DNA of 64,000 nt. Origin: Campylobacterales bacterium (GTDB taxonomy: Bacteria; Campylobacterota; Campylobacteria; Campylobacterales; Campylobacteraceae). The position numbers and the translations under genes were made by a program. The notes under the pieces are model-generated. The model searched no databases, was not told the origin of the DNA, and saw only the letters and a program-made list of their open reading frames with translations. Below are positions 30,119 through 38,657 of the stretch, one piece after another (position 1 is the first letter of the stretch; each line of letters begins with the position of its first letter). The stretch is taken from contig JACUTV010000001.1 of NCBI GenBank assembly GCA_014859645.1, positions 33,823 to 97,822 on the forward strand. Direction: 5' to 3'.

Positions 30119-31028
30119 TGTAAGCGGGGAACCCTTTAGCATCGCATGGGTGCAAGGGCTTACATGTAACGGTAATAGCCATTCGCTTTTAAATTACGCT
30201 CACTACGCTTCTTTTTGCGAAGCGTTTTCTTTTTTATACCATCCTCTTTTACCCACACCTTTTGATTTACAAACGCTGATGCGCGCTGATGTGCCTATCG
30301 ATGTACTGGTGATTGAGGGAGCGTTGAGTCACGACGCTTCTATTGTTGAGCGTTATGGCATGGGGTTAGATACCATCTTAGACGCCCTTGTGGCACGTGC
30401 CACCCATGTGGTTTGCGTGGGCAGTTGTGCTTCATTTGGAGGTGTTTTTAAAGAACGCAATCCTGAAAAAATCATGGGTGGTCTTTTTCGGGGAGAAAAA
30501 GAGGGCGGTTTTTTTGGAACAACCTTTAAAACTCCCAAAGGCAATCCCCTCATTAACCTTCCTGGCTGCCCTGTGCACCCTTCGTGGATAGCGGAGGTGT
30601 TGATGCTGTTAAAGCACCGCCAACCTCTGCGCCTCGATGCCTTGCAACGTCCCAAAGAAGTGTATGCGTACCTTGCCCATCATGGATGTTTGCGTAACGA
30701 GTATTTTGAATGGAAGGTAGACTGCGACACCTTTGGTACAAAAGAAGGGTGTTTGTTTTACGAACAAGGATGCCAAGGCCCCATGACCCATGCTAATTGC
30801 AATAAAATACTATGGAACGAAACCAGTAGCAAAACGCGCGTAGGGAGCCCCTGTTTAGGGTGTACTGAGCCAAGTTTTCCCAAGCAGGCTCTTTTTTTAA
30901 CCCCCAAATACATGTCCTTACCCGCCACGCCCGTAGGGGTTTCCAAGCGCGCTTATTATGCCCTTGCAGGGGTTGCAAAGGGGTTTAAGATTGAACGGTT
31001 AGAAAAAAGGCTGATGGATGAGGATTAG
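30111..31028 (+). CDS. [NiFe] hydrogenase small subunit, cytoplasmic (no Tat signal), group-2-like
   Basis: 305 aa; GSCASFGG, PGCPVHP, HHGC, GCQGP..C and PCLGC cluster motifs; no RRxF signal; the first motif reads TCNGN rather than CTGC. Confidence 0.85.
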   Translation: MPDVSGEPFSIAWVQGLTCNGNSHSLLNYAHYASFCEAFSFLYHPLLPTPFDLQTLMRADVPIDVLVIEGALSHDASIVERYGMGLDTILDALVARATHVVCVGSCASFGGVFKERNPEKIMGGLFRGEKEGGFFGTTFKTPKGNPLINLPGCPVHPSWIAEVLMLLKHRQPLRLDALQRPKEVYAYLAHHGCLRNEYFEWKVDCDTFGTKEGCLFYEQGCQGPMTHANCNKILWNETSSKTRVGSPCLGCTEPSFPKQALFLTPKYMSLPATPVGVSKRAYYALAGVAKGFKIERLEKRLMDED

Positions 31029-32352
31029 TCGAGAGATTGTGGCGCGGATTGAGGGTGAGGCAAAGCTAGAACTCACATGGAAAGAAGGAAAGGTGGTTGA
31101 TTCAAAAATTGCTTTTGTCAATTACCGAGGGATTGAAGAGATTTTAAAAGAGCGCCATCCCCTTGATGCCCTTGTGATTACGCCGCGGGTGTGTGGTATT
31201 TGTTCCCATGCGCACATTAGTGCCGCGGTATTGGCTCTTGAGAATTGCTACGAGACTATAGGGTATCCTTTAGAGCTTTCTGCTAAGGCAAAAGGGATTC
31301 GCACAGTGGTGCTCAATGCTGAAAAAATCCAAAACCACCTCAAATGGCTCATGGTTTCCATCGTACCTGAGCTTGCAAAACAGGAAGAGAGCCTTTGTGC
31401 GCTTGCGGATGTTAGGGGAAAAAGTTGGTTTGCTACCCAAGAAGCCTTTACGAAGATTTTAAAAATGGGAGCTATCTTTAGCGGACAATGGCCCCACGGG
31501 AGCTACGTGATGGTGGGCGGTGTGACATGTGACCCTACTTACATGGATGTTATGCAAGCACGGTTGTTGCTTGATGATGTGGATAGGTTTTGTGAAGCGC
31601 ATGTATTTGGCGTTTCTAGTGAAGCCATCGTGAGCGGTGCGCTTACTTTGGGGACATTGCAACAGACATCCTTGCTGGGCCAAGTGCTTGAAGTGTTGTT
31701 GGGTGAGTCGTTTGCTACACTGGGGAGAAGTTACGATCGATTTTTAGCACTTGGGCTTGATGCGGGGCAAAGAGCGCAAAAATGCCTTAAAACGCGCGTG
31801 GTGGGAGCAGACCCAAAATACGTGAGTGAAAGTTTGGCCAATACGTTTTTTGAGGAAAATGGGTACACCTATTCTAAAAGTGCACTCTATAAAAACAAAT
31901 ATTTTGAAACAGGCCCCTTGGCACGCATGATGATAGACAAAGAGCCGTTTGTGCGTGACATGCACCGTAGATATAAAGATGCCCTTCCTACGCGGGTGTT
32001 GGCGCGGGTGTTGGAGGTTGCGTACCTCATCGTCCAAACGCGCACCTTGCTTGAGAATCTTTGCATCAAAGAGCCTTCATGTAAAAAAGTCCCTTTTCCT
32101 ATCGAAACGCTAAATACCAGAGGGCAGGGCATTGTAGAGGCGGCGCGCGGTTCGTTGATACACAAGGTTGAAATTAGCAAGGGAAAAATACGCACCTATG
32201 ACATTATCACGCCCACGGTGTGGAACCTTGGTAACGGCACAAAAAAAGAACCTTCTGTGGTTCAAAAAGCACTTTTGGGCATTGAAAAACCCAGCGAAGC
32301 AGACTTGATTTTTAAAGGACTTGATGTGTGTTCGGTCTGCACAACTCAGTGA
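31018..32352 (+). CDS. [NiFe] hydrogenase large subunit, cytoplasmic, lacking a C-terminal extension
   Basis: 444 aa; N-terminal RVCGICSHAH; the C-terminus DVCSVCTTQ is followed directly by a stop. Confidence 0.88.
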   Translation: MRISREIVARIEGEAKLELTWKEGKVVDSKIAFVNYRGIEEILKERHPLDALVITPRVCGICSHAHISAAVLALENCYETIGYPLELSAKAKGIRTVVLNAEKIQNHLKWLMVSIVPELAKQEESLCALADVRGKSWFATQEAFTKILKMGAIFSGQWPHGSYVMVGGVTCDPTYMDVMQARLLLDDVDRFCEAHVFGVSSEAIVSGALTLGTLQQTSLLGQVLEVLLGESFATLGRSYDRFLALGLDAGQRAQKCLKTRVVGADPKYVSESLANTFFEENGYTYSKSALYKNKYFETGPLARMMIDKEPFVRDMHRRYKDALPTRVLARVLEVAYLIVQTRTLLENLCIKEPSCKKVPFPIETLNTRGQGIVEAARGSLIHKVEISKGKIRTYDIITPTVWNLGNGTKKEPSVVQKALLGIEKPSEADLIFKGLDVCSVCTTQ

Positions 32353-32594
32353 GGCAATATTTCAAAATTAAAATGGTACGTAGGGCCCAGTAAGTGCCTG
32401 CACTCCTTGTCGTTTTTGCCATCATCCATGCACCGCTGATATGCATCCGCTTTTTTATTAAACTCGCGAGGTTCAATAGTTGATTTGATAACAAGCTCTT
32501 TTTTTTCAGGGCGAGGCACGCGTTTTTTTAGATAGGGGTATGCGTTGATGTCGCTACCGCTGAGTGCTAACGCAACCCAAGTTGTTAAGACCAT
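32346..32594 (-). CDS. Small secreted hypothetical protein
   Basis: 82 aa; strong SD AAGGAGGT 4 nt before ATG; hydrophobic N-terminus; two Cys; convergent 7-nt overlap with the hydrogenase large subunit. Confidence 0.55.
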   Translation of the reverse strand: MVLTTWVALALSGSDINAYPYLKKRVPRPEKKELVIKSTIEPREFNKKADAYQRCMDDGKNDKECRHLLGPTYHFNFEILPH

Positions 32595-32796
32595 GATACC
32601 TCCTTTTTCCCGTAGATAAAGGGAAACTGATACGAGAATTATTTTATCACAACTTCACCACTATGAGATTAAAGTTAAATTAAAAAAATACATAATTTGT
32701 CTTATATTTATGTTTCATTTTTACACCAAGCAATGAAAGTCTCCGATGAAAGAGTAGGGACTCATTATGCTTTGTGGGAAGATTAGATTTAATATA

Positions 32797-32814
32797 AATG
32801 AATAATCATTCATT
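32797..32814. promoter_or_regulatory. AT-rich inverted repeat AATGAAT-N4-ATTCATT upstream of hydA (candidate metalloregulator box)
   Basis: Perfect 7-bp arms about 55 nt upstream of the hydA ATG; loosely Fur/NikR-box-like. Confidence 0.25.
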
Positions 32815-32866
32815 GAATGAAATTGCTTTGTTTGGTGGGTGATGAAATCTTATACAGGAGTAACCG

Positions 32867-34024
32867 ATGGAACATGCCGAAATGTTTGAGAAGGTTTCTG
32901 CGCGACTTGCAGAGCTTTCGAAATTTCCGAAGCTTCGGGAAGATAAGTCCATTCGCAGTATGATGGACGAAAATGGCGTCAATCGCCGTGATTTTATGAA
33001 ATGGGCGGCGGGTATGACAGCGCTTTTGTCTCTCCCTTCTTCCTTTACGCCATTGATGGCTCAAGCTGCAGAACTTACCGATCGCTTGCCAGTGGTGTGG
33101 TTGCACATGGCAGAGTGTACGGGCTGTAGTGAGAGTTTGGTTCGCACCGCAGAGCCAACGATTGATAGCTTGATTTTTGACTTCATCTCCCTTGAGTACC
33201 ATGAAACATTGATGGCAGCGGCGGGTTGGCAAGCAGAGCACAATCTTGAAGATGCTATCAAAAAATACAAAGGGCGACTTATCTTGATGGTTGAGGGCGG
33301 AATTCCAGAAGGTCAAAGTGAGTTCTACTTGACTGTTGGACCACATGGCACCACAGGAGCAGCGCATGCACGTGCTGCCGCAGAGTCTGCCGCAGCTATT
33401 TTTGCTATCGGTTCTTGCTCAAGTTTTGGTGGGGTGCAAGCGGCTTATCCAAACCCAACCAACGCACAACCTATGAGTAAAATCACTAAAAAAACGGTTA
33501 TTAATGTCCCTGGATGTCCTCCAAGTGAGAAAAACATTGTGGGCCAAGTGCTTCACTATGTCTTGTTTGGCGCCCTTCCTGCGTTAGATGTATATAACCG
33601 TCCAAAATGGTCTTATGGTATCCGTATTCACGACCTTTGTGAGCGACGTGGCCGCTTTGATGCGGGCGAGTTTGTTGAGCAGTTTGGTGATGAAGGTGCG
33701 AAAAAAGGCTATTGTCTTTATAAAGTGGGCTGTAAAGGGCCATACACGTTTAACAACTGTTCTATCGAGCGCTTCAACCAACACACCTCTTGGCCAATTC
33801 AAGCAGGTCATGGTTGTATTGGATGTAGTGAACCAGATTTTTGGGACACTATGGGGCCATTTGAAGAACCGCTTGGTAGTAGACTTTACCAAACACTTTA
33901 TGGTGTAGGTGCGGATAAAACGGCGGACAGAGTTGGTATTGCATTGCTAAGCGCAACAGCTGTAGGTATTGCGGCGCATGCTGCGATTGCTGCAGTTAAA
34001 GGTTCAAAGAAAGACGAGGAATAA
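32867..34024 (+). CDS. hydA: Membrane-bound uptake [NiFe] hydrogenase small subunit (Tat-exported)
   Basis: Twin-arginine signal NRRDFMKWAAG; ECTGCSES, GSCSSFGG and GCPP motifs; C-terminal TM anchor. Confidence 0.95.
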   Translation: MEHAEMFEKVSARLAELSKFPKLREDKSIRSMMDENGVNRRDFMKWAAGMTALLSLPSSFTPLMAQAAELTDRLPVVWLHMAECTGCSESLVRTAEPTIDSLIFDFISLEYHETLMAAAGWQAEHNLEDAIKKYKGRLILMVEGGIPEGQSEFYLTVGPHGTTGAAHARAAAESAAAIFAIGSCSSFGGVQAAYPNPTNAQPMSKITKKTVINVPGCPPSEKNIVGQVLHYVLFGALPALDVYNRPKWSYGIRIHDLCERRGRFDAGEFVEQFGDEGAKKGYCLYKVGCKGPYTFNNCSIERFNQHTSWPIQAGHGCIGCSEPDFWDTMGPFEEPLGSRLYQTLYGVGADKTADRVGIALLSATAVGIAAHAAIAAVKGSKKDEE

Positions 34025-34027
34025 GCC

Positions 34028-35752
34028 ATGAGTAAGCGAATTATTGTAGACCCTATTACACGGATCGAAGGCCATCTTCGGGTTGAGGTAGAGGTGGATG
34101 AGAACAATGTGGTCACAGAAGCCTATGCTTCTTCAACCCTTTGGCGAGGTCTTGAGACCATCTTAAAAGGACGTGATCCTAGGGATGCGGGCTTTTTTGT
34201 CCAACGTATTTGTGGTGTTTGTACCTATTCTCACTACAAGGCAGGGATTGAAGCTGTGGAGAATGCCCTTGGTATTCAGCCGCCACTCAATGCTGTGTTG
34301 ACACGTTCATTGATGCTTATTTCCTTGTTTATGCATGACCACCCTGTGCATTTTTACCAACTTCATGGATTGGATTGGGTAGACGTGGTTTCTGCGTTGA
34401 GCGCAGATCCTAAAAAAGCATCTGAGGTTGCATTCCAGTACACTGATAGCCCGATTGCAACGGGTCATGACCACCTCAAAGCCGTCCAAGAGCGTGTGGC
34501 AGCCTTTGTTAAAAAAGGACACCTTGGGCCGTTCGCGAACGCCTATTGGGGACACAAAACATACCACTTGACACCTGAACAAAACCTCATCGCGCTTTCA
34601 CATTACCTAGAGTGCTTGCGCATTCAGCGTACAGCGGCACAGATGATGGCGATTTTTGGTGCAAAACAACCTCATCCACAGTCACTAACTGTTGGTGGCG
34701 TTACATGTATCATGGACCTTATGAGTCCAGCGCGTTTGGGCGAATTTATGGTCAAATACCAAGAAGTCGCTGATTTTATCAACCGCGCATACTACCCTGA
34801 TGTCGTAATGGCAGGTAAAGCATATTCCGTAGAAGAGAGTGTTCTTAATGACCTAGGAACCGCTAACCTCTTTACTTATAAAGAGTTTGCACTAAGTGCG
34901 ACTGAGACTATTTTTGAGAGCGGTATCATCATGAACGGCGACTTGAGTAAAGTGCTAGAGCTTGATGAGAGTAAGATTACTGAAGAAGCAACGCGTGCAT
35001 GGTACGTGGATAATGAGCCCTTGCATCCGTATGATGGCAAGCAAAATCCTAACTATACAGGGTTTGTGAGCATGGACACCATCAACGATAAAGGCGAACT
35101 TGCCCATTCTAAAGCTATTGATTCTAAGGGTAAATACACTTGGGTTAAAGCTCCTCGTTATGATGGCAAGCCAATGCAAGTTGGACCACTTGCAAACATC
35201 GTCGTCAACTACGCCAAAGGCAACCCACGTGTTGTCAAAGTTGTTGACCAATTCTTGAAAGACACTGGCTTGCCTTTGGCAGCTGCCCTTTCAACACTCG
35301 GACGTACAGCGTGCCGTATGCTTGAAACCAAGGTGATTATTGACAGCGGGATGGAAGCGTTCCAAAGTCTTGTCAATAACCTTAAAGTGGACCAATCTAC
35401 CTGCGCTCCGTATGTGATTGACAAAAACAAAGAGTACAAAGGACGCTACATCGGTAACGTGCCTCGTGGAGTGCTTTCTCACTGGATTCGCATCAAGGGT
35501 GGCGTGATCGAAAACTACCAAGCGGTTGTTCCTACGACGTGGAATGCCTCTCCTAAAGATGCAAGCGGTGTGCGTGGACCATACGAAGAAGCGTTGGTGG
35601 GTCTTAAAATTACGGACTTGTCTCAGCCTTTAGAGATTATCCGTATCATCCACTCATTTGACCCATGCCTTGCGTGTGCGGTGCACGTTATGGATACCAA
35701 AGGCAACGAAATCAGTAGCTATAAGGTCAATCCAAACGGTACGAGCTGCTAA
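34028..35752 (+). CDS. hydB: Uptake [NiFe] hydrogenase large subunit
   Basis: 574 aa; RICGVCTYSH and DPCLACAVH motifs followed by a 21-aa cleavable tail. Confidence 0.96.
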   Translation: MSKRIIVDPITRIEGHLRVEVEVDENNVVTEAYASSTLWRGLETILKGRDPRDAGFFVQRICGVCTYSHYKAGIEAVENALGIQPPLNAVLTRSLMLISLFMHDHPVHFYQLHGLDWVDVVSALSADPKKASEVAFQYTDSPIATGHDHLKAVQERVAAFVKKGHLGPFANAYWGHKTYHLTPEQNLIALSHYLECLRIQRTAAQMMAIFGAKQPHPQSLTVGGVTCIMDLMSPARLGEFMVKYQEVADFINRAYYPDVVMAGKAYSVEESVLNDLGTANLFTYKEFALSATETIFESGIIMNGDLSKVLELDESKITEEATRAWYVDNEPLHPYDGKQNPNYTGFVSMDTINDKGELAHSKAIDSKGKYTWVKAPRYDGKPMQVGPLANIVVNYAKGNPRVVKVVDQFLKDTGLPLAAALSTLGRTACRMLETKVIIDSGMEAFQSLVNNLKVDQSTCAPYVIDKNKEYKGRYIGNVPRGVLSHWIRIKGGVIENYQAVVPTTWNASPKDASGVRGPYEEALVGLKITDLSQPLEIIRIIHSFDPCLACAVHVMDTKGNEISSYKVNPNGTSC

Positions 35753-35767
35753 GCTAAGGAGCAAACA

Positions 35768-36442
35768 ATGTCAAAACGCACAAGAGTTTATGAATTTTCA
35801 GTTGGCTACAGGTGGACGCACTGGATACGTTTTATTATGATGTTTATCTTGGTAGGCACAGGGTTTTATTTGACCTATGTGTTCGCGTCTCCTAGGCCTT
35901 CGGGTGAGCCCATTTTATTTTTGCATGCAGAAGTAAGAATGTGGCATCAAATCGCAGGATTTGTGCTGATCGCAGCGACAATCTTTAAAACGTATCTGTT
36001 CTTTTTTGATCGTATTAGCAGATTTGAACGGGTTTCATTTTGGGACTTTATCAGTCCTAAAGTGTGGATTGCGCAAATCAAGTACTACTTGTTTATGGGG
36101 CCACATCCTCACATGCGCGGTGCTTACAATCCGTTGCAGTTTATGGCTTACCTTGGGTTGTACGCGATGATTGTTCTGATTTCGTTGACAGGACTTATTT
36201 TGTACGTCCATGTATACCACCAGGGTCTTGGCGGGTTGTTGTATGATTTCATGCGACCTCTTGAGGCCATGATGGGCGGACTTGCTAATGTTCGCCAGAT
36301 TCACCACATCACTATGTGGGGGATTTTGATCTTTACTCCTATCCATATCTATTTGGCTATCTTTAGCTCCATCAAGGGCAAAGAAGGCGCTTTGGATGCA
36401 GTATTTAGTGGGTACAAATACACTAAAAACGACCATCATTAA
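35768..36442 (+). CDS. hydC: Hydrogenase cytochrome b subunit
   Basis: 224 aa; four TM helices with conserved histidines; follows hydAB. Confidence 0.9.
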   Translation: MSKRTRVYEFSVGYRWTHWIRFIMMFILVGTGFYLTYVFASPRPSGEPILFLHAEVRMWHQIAGFVLIAATIFKTYLFFFDRISRFERVSFWDFISPKVWIAQIKYYLFMGPHPHMRGAYNPLQFMAYLGLYAMIVLISLTGLILYVHVYHQGLGGLLYDFMRPLEAMMGGLANVRQIHHITMWGILIFTPIHIYLAIFSSIKGKEGALDAVFSGYKYTKNDHH

Positions 36443-36454
36443 GATGGGTTGTTG

Positions 36455-37012
36455 ATGAAGGTTCTTGTACTTGGAATAGGCAATGTGATGTTCTCCGACG
36501 AAGGTGTCGGAGTGCATCTTTGCCATTTGGTTGAACAAAAGTATGCGTTTACTTCTTCTGAGCACACCGTCGATTTTGTCGACGGTGGCACCCTTGCCGA
36601 ACGGTTGATTCCTGTCATTGCCCCGTATGATTATGTGATTATTTTTGATTGCGTGGATGCAAATGATGGTAAGATTGGGGATGTCTATTTCTTTGATTTT
36701 GAAGATGTGCCCAATTCAATTACATGGCAAGGAAGCGCTCACGAAGTGGAAATGCTCCAAACCTTGACGATGATGGATTTGCTGGGCGATCGCCCACCTA
36801 CAAAGGTACTTGGGATTATCCCTGAAGTGATTTCCATTACGACACTTGAACTAACCAACGCGGTGCGCGAAGGCGCAACGGTGATGGAAAAAACATTTAT
36901 CGACCACATGCGCACCCTTGGGTTTGAAGTTGTGGTGGAAAAACCAGAACTGACTATCCAACAAGTCGCCAATCTTGCGTGCCAAAGAGAGTATGATGAT
37001 TCTAGCGTTTGA
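36455..37012 (+). CDS. hydD: Hydrogenase maturation endopeptidase (HyaD/HybD family)
   Basis: MKVLVLGIGNVMFSDEGVGVH N-terminus; start set at ATG 36455. Confidence 0.9.
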   Translation: MKVLVLGIGNVMFSDEGVGVHLCHLVEQKYAFTSSEHTVDFVDGGTLAERLIPVIAPYDYVIIFDCVDANDGKIGDVYFFDFEDVPNSITWQGSAHEVEMLQTLTMMDLLGDRPPTKVLGIIPEVISITTLELTNAVREGATVMEKTFIDHMRTLGFEVVVEKPELTIQQVANLACQREYDDSSV

Positions 37013-38648
37013 ATTTCACTATGTTTCCCACAACGGTGTGTTGGAAAATTTTCTATTTCAAGCTTTGGAGGAAAATCCCCTTCCTTTTTCCCTTGAGCGT
37101 GAAGGCGGTGCTGTGACCTTGTGTGTTGAGGGCGAAGAAGCAGTCTTGATCGATTTTTCAGAGCGCTTAAGCCGTGCTTTGCCCCTTTCGCTGTACTTTA
37201 AATCCTTACATGTAAAGGTAGTAGAAGCGCTTGGCAAAGGTTCCATGAAACGACCCGCGTGCGAGGTAGCGTTGCCTTTTACGCCACAAATGCTCACCCG
37301 CGTGATGGACACATACAATCCCTTCACTCCTCCTGCTTTTGGAAAAAACATCCAAGGCCATGAACCCTTGCGGTTAACTAAAGAGAAAAACTTTCTAACA
37401 AGCCAGACCACTGCTTTTAAAGAAATCTTTGCTGCCGCGGCACAGATGGCCCAAGAAAATCCCTTACATGTAAAGACAACCACTGGGTGGGTTCGCCTTG
37501 AAGTGCTTACATGTAAAGCATCTTCTTTTGATGAGACGTCTGTGGTGGTACCGTGTGATTTGAGCGTTGTGGAAAAAATGGTGGTTATCAAAGAAGACGA
37601 AATTAAAGCCCTAGCTTCTTTGGAAAAACCTATTTTACGGCTTCCTATCAACGCCATTTTTGCCGCCAAAGACATTTTGCCGGTGCGGTTTGTCAACCTA
37701 AAAATGGCAGACGATTTGGTGCTTTATTTGCTATGTACGTCGCTTTTTGCGCAAGGGGTGGAGTTTGTAGTACTCACGCCTTGCGAACCAACAGAAGAAA
37801 ACGCGCTGACCTACGAAGGGGGCGAATTTCGTGAGCCTATCGGCGTGGTAGTGTTGGAAAATGGTGAAATCATCCCCACCTTTGGACAAACCTACACCAA
37901 TCCGCTGGTTCAAAAAAGTGCCCAAGCTTTTGAGGAAAAATCCCACGGACACTTTGCCGCACTTTTAAAAGAACACCACCTTTTTGATGCTTCGGTGGCG
38001 TGTTTTTACCTTAGCCGACACCATGACGATGCTTTTATGGTCTACCAAGAGGCCCTTGGGATGGTGGATTTGGTCAAGGTGGAGTTTCCTGATACCATCG
38101 GGGCTATTTTGGATGCCATTAAAGAGAGCGGTAGTAGTGGCGAACGCTTGGTGGCAAATTTTACCAAAGCGCACCCCGAGCGCGTGGCCTTTGCACGCGA
38201 GCTCACCCTTGCGGGAGAGCCTAAAAGCGTGGCAACGCTCATGGGCGTGGCGGGCGTATTGTTTGGGTACGCTAACACAGTCCAAGAGGCTACGTCGGTG
38301 ATGCTTGAACATGCGATGGCTTTTAGCGGTCTTAAGGGTCCAAGGATTGACTATCTTTTGGAGGGCGAAACCCTTAAGGGTACTTTAAATCCCATGCGTG
38401 TGGTGCGTAGCGGGATGAGTTATCATCTTGCGGATTTGGATGCCCTGACCCTTAGCTTTGGGTACGTGGACAGTTTGGGGTATTTTATCTCCGACACCCT
38501 TGACCGCATGAAAGAGGAATTTAAAACAACCCACACGGGCTTTTGTGGCGGACTGTTCGCTAATCGACGCATGGCAGAAGTAGCCGCACGCCAAGCACGG
38601 GTTTCTCATACGGTGTGCTTTAACCGCGAACTTCCTTTGGACACCTAG
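36993..38648 (+). CDS. hydE: HydE; degenerate HypF-like protein lacking zinc fingers
   Basis: ORF 36975..38648, with ATG 36993 overlapping the hydD end. Aligns by eye with the downstream HypF across the acylphosphatase-like, YrdC-like and Kae1-like regions (VEGEEAVLIDF vs VEGDEARLDAF; CGGLFANRRM vs GGGVFQNKTL). All CxxC fingers are absent. Confidence 0.7.
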   Translation: MMILAFEFHYVSHNGVLENFLFQALEENPLPFSLEREGGAVTLCVEGEEAVLIDFSERLSRALPLSLYFKSLHVKVVEALGKGSMKRPACEVALPFTPQMLTRVMDTYNPFTPPAFGKNIQGHEPLRLTKEKNFLTSQTTAFKEIFAAAAQMAQENPLHVKTTTGWVRLEVLTCKASSFDETSVVVPCDLSVVEKMVVIKEDEIKALASLEKPILRLPINAIFAAKDILPVRFVNLKMADDLVLYLLCTSLFAQGVEFVVLTPCEPTEENALTYEGGEFREPIGVVVLENGEIIPTFGQTYTNPLVQKSAQAFEEKSHGHFAALLKEHHLFDASVACFYLSRHHDDAFMVYQEALGMVDLVKVEFPDTIGAILDAIKESGSSGERLVANFTKAHPERVAFARELTLAGEPKSVATLMGVAGVLFGYANTVQEATSVMLEHAMAFSGLKGPRIDYLLEGETLKGTLNPMRVVRSGMSYHLADLDALTLSFGYVDSLGYFISDTLDRMKEEFKTTHTGFCGGLFANRRMAEVAARQARVSHTVCFNRELPLDT

Positions 38649-38657
38649 GAGCATCCC

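Noticed and set aside
34028-35752. Possibility that the uptake hydrogenase is a [NiFeSe] enzyme.
   Set aside because: There is no in-frame TGA, and the C-terminal motif is DPCLACAVH with cysteine.
37058-37696. Long antisense ORFs in the six-frame track. Examples: 37058..37696 (212 aa), 50958..51545 (195 aa), 32810..33367 (185 aa), 36035..36565 (176 aa), 52775..53254 (159 aa), 46064..46528, 44410..44865 and 24558..25007.
   Set aside because: Each lies wholly opposite a gene with clear family motifs. They have skewed, low-complexity composition (S/R/P/A-rich) and lack an SD. They are typical shadow ORFs.
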